Of a stretch of DNA of 64,000 nucleotides, positions 1 through 10,249 are shown piece after piece. The first letter of the stretch is position 1, and each line of letters starts with the position of its first letter. The notes below the pieces were generated by a model that had not been told where the DNA came from, searched no databases, and saw only the letters and a list, made by a program, of their open reading frames with translations. The DNA is taken from contig CAWHDP010000001.1 of the NCBI GenBank assembly GCA_963828125.1, forward strand, positions 64,001 to 128,000, read 5' to 3'. The translations under genes were made by a program, and so were the position numbers. Source of the DNA: an uncultured Chlamydiae bacterium. GTDB lineage: Bacteria > Chlamydiota > Chlamydiia > Chlamydiales > SM23-39.

Positions 1-1457
1 CTTTTATCGATGCCATCCAAGCGAAGCTGGATCTCATAGGGCCTGAGACGAAGGGGCTATTTGTCGCTGTGGGGTTGCCGCGATGGAATCCTTCGGGTCA
101 GGCAAAGCCGCTTTTTAATAGCGCCGCTATTTTTGCCGACGGGCGGCTCCTCGGCTACAAAAATAAAACGCTCCTGCCCACTTATGACGTTTTCGATGAG
201 CGGAGATATTTTGAACCGGGAGGGGAGGAGCCGATTTGGGAATATAAAGGCAAGCGGATTGCTGTAACGATCTGCGAAGATGTGTGGCAGCATGCGGGGG
301 CTTTGGGCGGCTATTCCCATTATCATCGGGATCCGGTGGAGGAACTCAAGGCCCATCGCCCCGATCTCGTTTTAAATCTCTCTGGATCTCCTTATTACTT
401 CCGTCGAACAGATATGCGTCTGGCTGTGTTCCAAACGGTAGCCAAAGCTCTTCGCTGCCCAGTGATTTTCTGCAATCAGGTGGGCGCCAACGATCAGTTG
501 GTGTTTGATGGGCATAGTATGTATGTGGACGGGAACGGGGAGCTCATTCAGCGAGGGCGAGGATTTGTTGAGGAAGATTTAGTGGTCGATCTGGCTGAAG
601 AGAGGAGACCCATACTGAAAGGGGATGATGCGATCGGAGATCTTTATGCGGCTTTAGTCCTCGGGGTGCGCGATTATTTCCATAAACAGGGTTTTAAAAA
701 GGCTCTTGTCGGACTCTCAGGGGGGATCGATTCGGCGCTGGTGGCCTGCATTGCGAAGGAGGCTCTTGGGGCGGACAATCTTTTAGCGATCACGATGCCG
801 TCCCGTTTTTCCTCAAAGGGGAGTGTAGAGGATTCTATCGAATTAGCGAAAATTTTGGGCGTTGAGATGCGGGAAATACCGATTGAGCCGATCTATAAGG
901 AATATCTGGCTCTCTTAGAGCCGATGTTTCAAGGGCGGCCGTTTGATGAGACGGAGGAAAATCTTCAGTCGCGCATCCGGGGGATGATCCTCATGGCCTT
1001 GTCGAATAAATTCGGCTATATTCTTTTAAATACGGGGAATAAGACTGAAATGGCGATGGGCTACTGCACTTTGTATGGAGATATGGCGGGCGGACTCGGG
1101 GTTCTGCACGATGTGATGAAATTGCAGGTCTATCAATTGGCGAAAAAAATCGGGATCATTCCTGAGGCCATCTTAAAAAAGGTTCCGAGCGCTGAGCTCA
1201 GGGAAAATCAGACCGATTTAGATACGCTACCCCCTTTTGAGATCCTCGATCCGATTTTGGAGGATTACATTGAAAAACGGCTGAGCTTGGAGGAGATCGC
1301 CGCAAAACGGGGAGAGCCGCTCGCCTTCGTCCGGTCGATCGCCCATAGAGTCCATTTGGCTGAATATAAACGGCGTCAGGCTCCGATCGGCATTCGGGTG
1401 ACGGAGAAGGCGTTCAGTAAAGGGCGTATTGTCCCCATCGTGCAAAAATGGTTATAA
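1..1457 (+). CDS. nadE: Glutamine-dependent NAD+ synthetase (5'-truncated by window edge)
   Basis: Frame is open from the window start. Nitrilase-like domain (KTLLPTYDVFDERRYF, TICEDVW) followed by NAD synthase motifs GLSGGIDS, ENLQSRIRG and TGNKTE. Confidence 0.95.
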   Translation, partial: FIDAIQAKLDLIGPETKGLFVAVGLPRWNPSGQAKPLFNSAAIFADGRLLGYKNKTLLPTYDVFDERRYFEPGGEEPIWEYKGKRIAVTICEDVWQHAGALGGYSHYHRDPVEELKAHRPDLVLNLSGSPYYFRRTDMRLAVFQTVAKALRCPVIFCNQVGANDQLVFDGHSMYVDGNGELIQRGRGFVEEDLVVDLAEERRPILKGDDAIGDLYAALVLGVRDYFHKQGFKKALVGLSGGIDSALVACIAKEALGADNLLAITMPSRFSSKGSVEDSIELAKILGVEMREIPIEPIYKEYLALLEPMFQGRPFDETEENLQSRIRGMILMALSNKFGYILLNTGNKTEMAMGYCTLYGDMAGGLGVLHDVMKLQVYQLAKKIGIIPEAILKKVPSAELRENQTDLDTLPPFEILDPILEDYIEKRLSLEEIAAKRGEPLAFVRSIAHRVHLAEYKRRQAPIGIRVTEKAFSKGRIVPIVQKWL

Positions 1458-2351
1458 CTCGTCCCACCCAAAAGGGAGGATCGGGTGGATCGAGCGGAGT
1501 TTGTGGCGGAGCATGAGAGCGCGATCGAAACCGAGGGCGACGCCGCAGCAATCGGGGAGCGTCTTCAGGGCGGCGAGGAATTTTTCATCTAGCGCATAAG
1601 GGGCCTTCCCAGAGGCTGTCCGCTCTCTATTTTTTTGGATAAAACGGGAGCGCATTTCGTCCGGATCGGCCAGTTCATGGTAGCCGTTCGTCAGTTCAAT
1701 CCCTTCGTGATAAATTTCGTAACGCTCGGCGACGCATTCTCCGTTTTTCTCTCTGACGCAGGCGAGGGCTGCTTCATGGGGAGGGAAATCGGTCAGGACG
1801 GTCAGTTCGCCTTGGCCGAGTCTAGGCTCAATCTGATGGGAGATGAGATATTGGAGGCAGGTTTCCTTCGGCCAAGCGCTCTGGGTGAGCTTTTGCAACG
1901 CCTCAAGCGGGGCCCCGGCATAGTCGATCCCCACATAGGTCTCGAACGCTTCCCGATACCCGAGATAGCGGATCGGTTGTACCCCGAAAAAAAGGGACAA
2001 AAACTCACACGTCTCCTCGATCATCGCTTCGAAGGAGATATTCAGCCGATACCACTCGACCATCGTGAATTCAGGGTTATGAAGAGGGCCTAATTCCCCC
2101 TTCCGGTAAACGTGGCCGAGAAAATAACAATCGCCGATCCCTTCCGAGAGGAGTCTCTTTAACGCATATTCTGGAGAGGTGTGTAAAAAACCGCCATCTT
2201 GATCGACGCCTATGCACTCGATATTTGAGTCGAGAGGAGGGCGCCGGACAAGAGCGCCGCAATCGATCTCGAGAACATTTCTCTCGGCGAAGAAGGCCCT
2301 TGAGCGGGCAAGCATTTGGGCTCTACTCTTAAGGAGAGACGCGCGAGACAT
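1452..2351 (-). CDS. epmA: EF-P lysine aminoacylase (GenX/PoxA), LysRS catalytic-domain paralog
   Basis: Motifs LHTSPEYALKRLL, HNPEFTMVEWY and GVALGFDR; lacks an anticodon-binding domain; overlaps efp. Confidence 0.92.
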   Translation of the reverse strand: MSRASLLKSRAQMLARSRAFFAERNVLEIDCGALVRRPPLDSNIECIGVDQDGGFLHTSPEYALKRLLSEGIGDCYFLGHVYRKGELGPLHNPEFTMVEWYRLNISFEAMIEETCEFLSLFFGVQPIRYLGYREAFETYVGIDYAGAPLEALQKLTQSAWPKETCLQYLISHQIEPRLGQGELTVLTDFPPHEAALACVREKNGECVAERYEIYHEGIELTNGYHELADPDEMRSRFIQKNRERTASGKAPYALDEKFLAALKTLPDCCGVALGFDRALMLRHKLRSIHPILPFGWDEL

Positions 2352-2901
2352 ATTCGCAAGTGCGGGTGTCGACCTTCACCTTTTCCCCCTCCTCGACGAA
2401 GATCGGAACCTGGATCTTAGCCCCCGTCTGGGTGGTCGCCGGTTTCAAAACCCTGCCCGATGCGGTATCGCCGCGGACGCCCGGAGGCGTTTCGGTGATG
2501 ATCATCTCCATGAAGGTGGGGGGGACGATCTCGATCGGCTCTCCTTTATAGAAGACGACATGGAAAACCGTCTCTTCCATCAGCCATTGCCGATTCGAAC
2601 CAATTAACTCGTCGTTGATTGTGATCTGATCGAACGTCTTTTCGTCCATGAAGACCGCTCCGTCCGACTCTTTGTAAAGGAAGCGCATTTCGGCCTCTTC
2701 CACATCGGCTAAATCGATCTTTTCTCCTGACTTATATGTCTTCTCAATCACGCGGGCCGACTTCATATTTTTCATTTTAATCCGGTTGAAGGCTTGCCCT
2801 TTCCCAGGTTTAACAAATTCATTGGCAATGATCATGTAGGGCTCTTTATCGACCTCTACCTTCATGCCGATCTTGATCTCATTCGTGCTGACTGAAGACA
2901 T
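2329..2901 (-). CDS. efp: Elongation factor P
   Basis: Motifs FVKPGKGQAF (Lys acceptor), PGVRGDTA and VDTR. Start taken at ATG 2901. Confidence 0.97.
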   Translation of the reverse strand: MSSVSTNEIKIGMKVEVDKEPYMIIANEFVKPGKGQAFNRIKMKNMKSARVIEKTYKSGEKIDLADVEEAEMRFLYKESDGAVFMDEKTFDQITINDELIGSNRQWLMEETVFHVVFYKGEPIEIVPPTFMEMIITETPPGVRGDTASGRVLKPATTQTGAKIQVPIFVEEGEKVKVDTRTCEYVSRVSP

Positions 2902-2996
2902 ATTCCCTGACCGCTTAAAATAAAGGCTCCAGTATACCAGCTCCAATTTTAAATGCAATAGACTAAATATCCGCTCCCTATTAAAATGGACTCTGT

Positions 2997-3821
2997 ATGG
3001 AGAAAAATCCTCAAGAAGCGGAAATCGCCCGCCAGACCCTCGAGCGTTACTCTGGTTGCGAGGCGAGCCAGTTCTGTTCGAATTTAATTTTAACGAATTT
3101 CCCCCGTTACGTAGAATATTTTTCTAAAACGCGCAAGATTCCCATCCACGAAGGGTCGATGTTTAAGGTGGCCCACAGCCCTGAGGACGATGTGAGCATC
3201 CTCGACTTTAAAATCGGCTCGCCAGCGGCAGCCCTTGTGGTCGACGTCTGTTCTTTTCTCCCCATCAGGGCGAGCATCCTCTTGGGGATGTGCGGCGGGC
3301 TCCGCCGCCGCTACCAAGTGGGCGACTATCTCGTTCCGGTCGCATCGATTCGCGGGGAGGGGACTTCCGATTTTTACTTTCCGATCGAAGTGCCTGCCCT
3401 AGCGAATTTTCTGATGCAGAGGGCTGTGACTGAAGTGCTCGATCAGGACAAGGCGCTCTATCATATTGGCATTACCTTCACGACAAATATGCGTTTTTGG
3501 GAATTCAATGAAGAATTCAAAACTCGGCTGAAAAATACCAAAGCGCAGGGGATCGAGATGGAGTGTGCGACCCTATTTGCCGCAAGCTACAAGAGGAAAT
3601 TCACTCTCGGGGCCCTCCTTCTGGTCTCCGATTTGCCGCTCAATCAAGACGGGATCAAGACTAAGCAGAGTTCTCAGTGGGTGTACGACACCTACACAGC
3701 GGATCACGTTGAAAAAGGGATCAAAATCCTCAAGCATGCCCGCGTCATGCAGTCGAAGAAAATCAAAGGGGCCTACCATCGCAACTTAAATGGCGGCGAG
3801 GTTCCATCTGCAACCAGTTAA
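2997..3821 (+). CDS. amn: AMP nucleosidase (short PNP/UDP-fold type)
   Basis: Motifs LILTNF, IGSPAAAL, LGMCGGL, EMECATLF and LLVSDLP. Confidence 0.9.
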   Translation: MEKNPQEAEIARQTLERYSGCEASQFCSNLILTNFPRYVEYFSKTRKIPIHEGSMFKVAHSPEDDVSILDFKIGSPAAALVVDVCSFLPIRASILLGMCGGLRRRYQVGDYLVPVASIRGEGTSDFYFPIEVPALANFLMQRAVTEVLDQDKALYHIGITFTTNMRFWEFNEEFKTRLKNTKAQGIEMECATLFAASYKRKFTLGALLLVSDLPLNQDGIKTKQSSQWVYDTYTADHVEKGIKILKHARVMQSKKIKGAYHRNLNGGEVPSATS

Positions 3822-3822
3822 T

Positions 3823-4395
3823 ATGTCGCGATCTCTCCCTCAGATCGATTTTCAAAGCGAAGAAGAGAGGCGCGATATTTTAGAACGGGGGCTTGAGCTG
3901 ATGCGGCAGGGAAAGATTCCTGAAAACGCAATCCAGCGAGGGGTGCGGTACCGGAAGAAGATCCTGTCAGGTTTTTGCCCCAAGGTCTCTATCCGTTTTA
4001 TCAATGAACGGGTTGGGCAGGGAGTTTTTGCCGAAGAGGTGTTGAAGGCGAGATCTTACGTCGGCGAATACACTGGAGTTGTCCGCGAGAATGTCCGGAT
4101 CTATTTCGTCCCCCTAAACAATTATTGTTATGAATATCCCGTTCCCGATGAGATGGGGAGAAGTTTTGTGATCGATGCGACTGAGGGCAATTTCACCCGC
4201 TATATCAATCACAGCTACCGGCCGAATTTAAAGCCGCTCTATGCGTTTTTAGACGGTTTTTACCATCTGATCTTTATAGCGCTCCGGCAGATTGAAATAG
4301 GGGAACAGCTTTGTTATGACTATGGCCGGAATTATTGGATCATCCGTCCAGGCCCCGAGGAGTTGGATCTCTCTCCTTGTGAAGTGTATCGCTAA
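3823..4395 (+). CDS. SET-domain protein lysine methyltransferase
   Basis: SET signature motifs GQGVFA, GEYTG, GNFTRYINHS and EQLCYDYG. Confidence 0.88.
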   Translation: MSRSLPQIDFQSEEERRDILERGLELMRQGKIPENAIQRGVRYRKKILSGFCPKVSIRFINERVGQGVFAEEVLKARSYVGEYTGVVRENVRIYFVPLNNYCYEYPVPDEMGRSFVIDATEGNFTRYINHSYRPNLKPLYAFLDGFYHLIFIALRQIEIGEQLCYDYGRNYWIIRPGPEELDLSPCEVYR

Positions 4396-7300
4396 AGGGT
4401 CGTACAAGAAAAGTGTTTCATGAGTTCCCGAATCACATGTTCTTCGAGTTCTTTGGGAGTCTGCGCTTTTTTCGGCAGTAAGATCGTCTGTTTATGGATC
4501 TGTTTGCCCATCTGCTGTTCGGCGTAGAAAGAGAGATTCCCGAATTTGATCAGAGAGAAGTGGTTGATGGCGCCGAAGGCTCTGATGCGGGTCAGGTGGT
4601 AGAGCCAGATGACGGGGGGCGGGGGAGGGCCGAACCGGTCGGCGATTTCGGCGAGAAGTTCATCGATTTCGGCCAATGTTGTGGCTTCTCCGAGCCGGTA
4701 GTAGATCTCCATCCGGAGCGATACTTCATTGATGTAGTCTTCGGGAAGTTTGGCGTCGAAGGGGAATTCCATTTTCGTTTCGTTAAAGGAGACGGGCTGT
4801 TTTTTCTTGAGGGCGTCGATGGCCCTTTTGAGCATTTTGCAGTATAGATGAAAGCCGATGGCGGAGACTTGACCTGATTGTTGGATGCCGAGGATGTCGC
4901 CGGCGCCCCGGATCTCGAGGTCTCGCATGGCGATTTTCATCCCGCCGCCATAGCCGCCTGCTTCGACGAGGGCGTTGAGCCTTTTTTGCGCAGGTTCGGG
5001 AAGGCGGGTATTTTTGGGAACGAGAAAATAGGCGTAGGCGGTTCGATTCCAGCGGCCGACTCTGCCGCGGAGTTGATAGAGGTCGGCGAGGCCGTAGGTG
5101 TCGGCGCGGTCGATGAGGATGGTGTTGGCGTTTGAGATGTCGATCCCATTTTCGACGATGGTGGTTGCGAAGAGGAGGTTGAGTTCTCCCATTTTGAAGC
5201 GGTGGAAGATCTCGTCGACGGCGTCCGGATCCATCTGGCCATGGACGATGCCGATTTTGGCGTTGGGAACGAGTTTTTGAATGTGGTCTGCGCGGGTGTA
5301 GATCGATTCGACCCGGTTGTGGATGTAAAAGGCTTGGCCGCCGCGGGCCAGTTCTCTGAGAAGGGCGTTTTGGATCAGTTCTGGGTCGGTTTCAGCGATG
5401 ATCGTCTTGACGGGAAGCCGGTCTTGGGGCGGGGTGTTGATGACCGACATGTCGCGGGCGTGGACGAGCGACATGTAAAGGGTGCGGGGAATTGGGGTGG
5501 CAGACAAGGTGAGGCAATCGGCGTTGGCTTTGAATTTTTTCAAGTGTTCTTTGGCTTTGACGCCGAACCGTTGCTCTTCATCGATGATGATGAGGCCGAG
5601 GTCTTTAAAATGGACGTCTCCGGATAAAAGTCGATGGGTCCCAATCAAAATATCAATCTGGCCTGTCCGTCCCTTTTCTAGGGTCTCTCTGACCTCTTTG
5701 GCCGAATGGAATCGAGAGACGACGCCGATATGAACGGAAAAACCGCTCATCCTCTGGCAAAAATTCTCAAAGTGTTGGATGGCAAGCACAGTGGTTGGAA
5801 CCAAAACCGCCACTTGCCTTTTTCCGTCGGCAACGGCTTTAAATGCGGCTCGCATGGCGACTTCGGTTTTCCCATAGCCGACATCGCCGCAGATGAGCCG
5901 ATCCATCGGTTTATCGGAGAGCATATCTTCTTTCAGCGCCTGGATAGCGAGCTGTTGATCTTGCGTCTCAGAATAAGGGAAATCCCGCTCGAACTGGAGC
6001 ATCCTCTCGCTATCGGGGGGATAGCGGAAGCCTCCTTGCACCGCTCTCTCTGCATAAAGCTGCAAAAGCTCGTTCGCATAGCCGACGATTTGCGCCTGGG
6101 CGTTTGCCCTCGTCGCCTGCCACCTCTTGCCGCCGAGCTGGCTTAAACTGGGGGCTCTTCTTTCGAGCCGATATAGCGGGAGACGAGATAGGCTTGCGAA
6201 AGGGGGACGAAGAGCTTGCTGCTATCTGCGTACTGAAGGGTTAAAAATTCGGTCTCTTGGCCGAGGTGGTTGCGTGTTCTTCTCCATGCCGAGATAGCGG
6301 CCGATCCCGCTGTGATAGTGGACGACCAGATCGCCAGGGGTCAGTTCATGGAATTCGGCGGCGGGCGTATGGGTAGGTGCTGCGCCATTTTTGCCGCCGG
6401 ATGCGGGATCTGTGGGAGAGTTCGACATTGGGGACGACGACGAGGTTGTCCAGGCAGTAGCCTGAGGTGAGAAACCCTTTTTCCCAGCGGGTATTTTTAG
6501 GAAGGGTGATCGAGGAGAGCTGTTTTTTGACCTCCGCCTCTTCAGTGTCGGTCGCATTTAAAAAGAGGAACTGCAAACTCGGATCAGGCGACTCTTCAGG
6601 ATGGAAGAGATGCTCCACTTTGTGAAAGCGGTGCTTGAATTGCCTGGCTTGGAACGGGTGGCCGAACATTTCGAATTTTTCTTCCAGATGAAACTCGGTG
6701 CAGAAAATATGTTGCTGTTTATCCCACCGCTTCAATAGATCCTCGAAGGAAAAAAGGAAGGCGGATTTCGCTGCTGGCATCGATTGAATGCCGACGTAGG
6801 CGTCTTCAATGGCCAACAGATCGTCCCAAAAAAGAATCGGATCGTCGAGATAATCGGCGATATTGACTAATCGGGGGGATTTTTGGAGTAACGGGAGCTC
6901 TTTCGCGGGGCACAAAAACACTTCGTCTGCTTTGGCGATCGACTTTTGCCCGACCGGATCAAAGGTGCGGATCTCTTCGATTTCATCGCCGAAAAACTCG
7001 ATGCGGAACGGATCGCTCGATGCGACGGGGAAAAGATCGAGAATTCCGCCTCGCACTGCAAATTCCCCTTTGTCAGAGACAACCGGAGAGCGGCTGTAGC
7101 CGAGAGAGACGAGAAATTCGGGGAGCGTGCTAAAGTCGACCCTCGACCCTTTTTTCCAACGGCGCAAGAGGGGGGCGAGCCTCTCTTTCGGGAGCACCTT
7201 TTGGAGCAGCGAGGCTAAAGGACAGAGGACAATGGAGGGTTCTTTTTTTCGGATCAGGGCGTCGAGGGCCTCGAACCTTTTCCCAATAATATCGGGACTC

Positions 7301-7509
7301 GGCTGGATCTCCTCGCCCGGCAGCGTCTCCCAGGCGGGAAACTCGACGGCGGCGCCTGGACAAAAATAGGATAAATTATCGAAAAGCCGATCCTCGCGCG
7401 TTCCCCCCGTGACGAGCAGCACGGAGCGCCGCTTGACGGCCTCGCTCGCGAGAAGGGCTTTGGGAGACTCCCAAAGCCCCTCTACTAAAATCGATTCAGA
7501 GGGGAGCAT
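4392..7509 (-). pseudogene. mfd: Transcription-repair coupling factor, split by about three frameshifts (~6372, ~6272, ~6150); possibly consensus errors
   Basis: UvrB-like N-terminus (GEFAVRGGILD), RID fragment (GDLVVHYHSGIGRYLG) and helicase motifs (GDVGYGKTEV, IIDEEQRFG, SATPIPRT) lie in successive frames. Confidence 0.9.
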
Positions 7510-10099
7510 CTTTGAGCATGTGCCGTATTTTAGCGAATGCTTTGGCAATCCCTTGCGGGTCTTTACCTCCTGCTTGCGCTAGATTTTGTTTCCCTCCGCC
7601 GCCGCCCTGAATGAAGGGGGCTGTCTCCTTGATCAAATGGGCTGCGCTGACCCCTTTTTCGATCCAATCGGGACTGACCGCAATCAATAGCTGGCACCGC
7701 TCGCCCATGGTCGCGCCGAGCGCAACGACTCCCGATTTCATCTGTTGGATCAGATCGTTTGCAAACTCGCTCATCTCCTCGGCGCTTAAAGAGAGCTCTT
7801 CCGCGATGAGCGAAATCGCCCCCGCTTTCTCTTTATGCGAGAGACACTTTTCCACCCATTGCTTGAGTAAGCCCTTCCGCAATCCCTTCAATTCTCCCGC
7901 TAAGAGTTTATTCTCATCCAACAGCGCTCGGAGCTTTTCAGGCAGCATCTGCACAGGGGACTTCAATTGGAGAGCTAAGCTTTGCAAGAGATCCTCCTCC
8001 TGTTGCACCCACATCTCTCCGTAGCGTCCCGTCACCGCCTCGATTCTCCTCACCCCGGCTGCGATGCTGCTCTCTTTGACAACTTTGAAGAGTCCGATCG
8101 TCCCGACCCGTTTTGCATGGGTCCCGCCGCAAAGCTCTTTCGAGAAATCGATATCGACCACCCTGACTTTTTCTCCGTATTTCTCGCCGAAAAATTGCTT
8201 AATATCGGTCCGTTTTTGCGCCTCGTCGTATTTCAATTCATAGGATTCGACCGCCCGATCGGTCCGGATTTTTTCATTGACCAGGTTCTCGATTTCCCGG
8301 ATCTCTTCCCCTCCTACCGATTTGTGGTGGCTGAAATCGAACCGGAGCCTCTTCTCATCCACCAATGAACCCGCCTGCTTGATATGCCCGCCCAACACTT
8401 TCTGCAGCGCCCAGTGGAGAAGGTGGGTTGCCGTGTGGTTGTTTTCGATCTCGTGGCGTCTTGTCCCGTCAACCGTCGCCCGAACTTTCTCATTTTTGCG
8501 CATCGTCCCAGCGCCCATTTTCCCTAAGTGGGCGATCACCCCTGGAAACGGCGCTGTGCAATCGTAGACTTGGAATTTCCCAATCGCCCCCGTATCGCCC
8601 ACCTGGCCGCCCATTTCGGCGTAGAACGGAGTCCGGTCCAAAATGATCAGCCCCTCCTGGCCTTCATGAATCTCATCGGTGAAGCGCCCATCGACCACGA
8701 TTCCCATCACATGCGCCTCGAGCGCAAGCGTTGCATATCCTTCGAATTGGCAGGGTTTATGCGTCCTCGTGAAATCATTGAAGAAATTCTGGTCGAATGT
8801 TTGCGCAGCGCTTTTGTGGGCCTTCCTTGATTTCTCTTTTGCCTCTTCTTCGAGCTGCTCGAATTTCCTCAGATCGATCTCCAAATGCTCGTCCTTTGCG
8901 ATCAAGAGGATCTCCTCGAGCGGAAACCCGTATGTATCCTTCAGCTTGAACGTATCTTCGCCAGAGATCTTTCGCCCCTCTTTGGAGCGCTCGATCACTT
9001 GACCGAGCAGCTGGCCCCCTCGCGTCAGCGTCCGGATGAACGCCTCCTCCTCAAGCGTCAAGACCTCCCCAATCCGCCCTTCGGCCGCTCGGAGTTCAGG
9101 GAAATCCTCGCCCATCAGCGATACGAGCCGCGGCAAAATGCCCGCCAAGAACGGCTTTTGCAACCCCAGCATTCGCCCATACCTCACCGCCCGTCTCAGA
9201 ATCTTTCGGAGGACATAGCCTCGGTCTGTATGGCTCGGCTGCACCCCGTCGGCGATCGCGAACGACAAACTCCGGATGTGATCGGCAATCACGTGGAAAG
9301 GGGCCTCCCCCTCGTATTTTTGGCCTGAAATCTGCTCGACTGCCGCAATCAGATCCCGGAGAATGTCGGTCTGGAACACATTGTCCACCCCCAGCTTGAT
9401 CGAGACGACCCGCTCGAGCCCCGCCCCGGTATCGATCGACTGTTTGGGCAGCGGGGTCGTCTGGCCCGACGCATCCCGTGAAAACTGCATGAAGACCAAA
9501 TTCCAGAATTCAAGATACCTCTCTCCGGAGAGATCTTCCTTCGGACTCTTCGCCGGGCCGTACCCGTCGCCCCGGTCGTAGAGGAGCTCCGAACAAGGGC
9601 CGCAAGGTCCCGTATCGCCCATCGCCCAAAAATTCTCCTTTTCGCCGAACCGGACGATCCGCTTGGAAGGGAGATGCTTTTCCCAAAGGGCGAACGCCTC
9701 ATCGTCGTCTTTATAGACGGACACCCACACCTTTTCAGGATCGAAACCGAAGACGTTGCGGGTCACGTCCCACGCAAAGCCGATCGCCTCTTTTTTGAAA
9801 TAGTCGCCGAACGAGAAATTGCCCAGCATTTCGAAGAAGGTGAGATGCCGCGAAGTGTGCCCCACATTATCGAGATCGTTGTGTTTGCCCCCGACCCGGA
9901 TGCATTTTTGCGTCGTCGCCGCCCTTGTATAATCTCTTTTTGAATGGCCTAAAAACACATCCTTGAATTGGTTCATTCCCGCATTGATGAAGAGCAACGT
10001 CGGATCGTCATGAGGGATAACAGGGGAGGAAGGGACGACGGTATGCCCCTGGGTCTTAAAATAGTGCAAAAAAGCGCGCCGGATTCTTTGTGAAAGCAT
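7496..10099 (-). CDS. alaS: Alanine--tRNA ligase
   Basis: Motifs [29 protein letters not shown] and GGGGGK. Confidence 0.98.
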   Translation of the reverse strand: MLSQRIRRAFLHYFKTQGHTVVPSSPVIPHDDPTLLFINAGMNQFKDVFLGHSKRDYTRAATTQKCIRVGGKHNDLDNVGHTSRHLTFFEMLGNFSFGDYFKKEAIGFAWDVTRNVFGFDPEKVWVSVYKDDDEAFALWEKHLPSKRIVRFGEKENFWAMGDTGPCGPCSELLYDRGDGYGPAKSPKEDLSGERYLEFWNLVFMQFSRDASGQTTPLPKQSIDTGAGLERVVSIKLGVDNVFQTDILRDLIAAVEQISGQKYEGEAPFHVIADHIRSLSFAIADGVQPSHTDRGYVLRKILRRAVRYGRMLGLQKPFLAGILPRLVSLMGEDFPELRAAEGRIGEVLTLEEEAFIRTLTRGGQLLGQVIERSKEGRKISGEDTFKLKDTYGFPLEEILLIAKDEHLEIDLRKFEQLEEEAKEKSRKAHKSAAQTFDQNFFNDFTRTHKPCQFEGYATLALEAHVMGIVVDGRFTDEIHEGQEGLIILDRTPFYAEMGGQVGDTGAIGKFQVYDCTAPFPGVIAHLGKMGAGTMRKNEKVRATVDGTRRHEIENNHTATHLLHWALQKVLGGHIKQAGSLVDEKRLRFDFSHHKSVGGEEIREIENLVNEKIRTDRAVESYELKYDEAQKRTDIKQFFGEKYGEKVRVVDIDFSKELCGGTHAKRVGTIGLFKVVKESSIAAGVRRIEAVTGRYGEMWVQQEEDLLQSLALQLKSPVQMLPEKLRALLDENKLLAGELKGLRKGLLKQWVEKCLSHKEKAGAISLIAEELSLSAEEMSEFANDLIQQMKSGVVALGATMGERCQLLIAVSPDWIEKGVSAAHLIKETAPFIQGGGGGKQNLAQAGGKDPQGIAKAFAKIRHMLKDAPL

Positions 10100-10163
10100 A
10101 CAGTCCTCAAAAAGTTGAACTAAGTTTAGAGGGAAGAGGACGAAAAGTCAATGGAGGGAATTT

Positions 10164-10205
10164 CTAGCCCGCATTTCTCACACAGACGCGAGAAATGCGG
10201 GCTAG
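10164..10205. repeat. Element A, 34-bp internally deleted copy flanked by CTAG
   Basis: ctag-cccgcatttctc-acacagacgc-gagaaatgcggg-ctag; same termini as the 164-bp copies. Confidence 0.9.
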
Positions 10206-10249
10206 ATTGATATCGTTCGATCTGTCAAAATGGATAAAAAAGGACGCTT

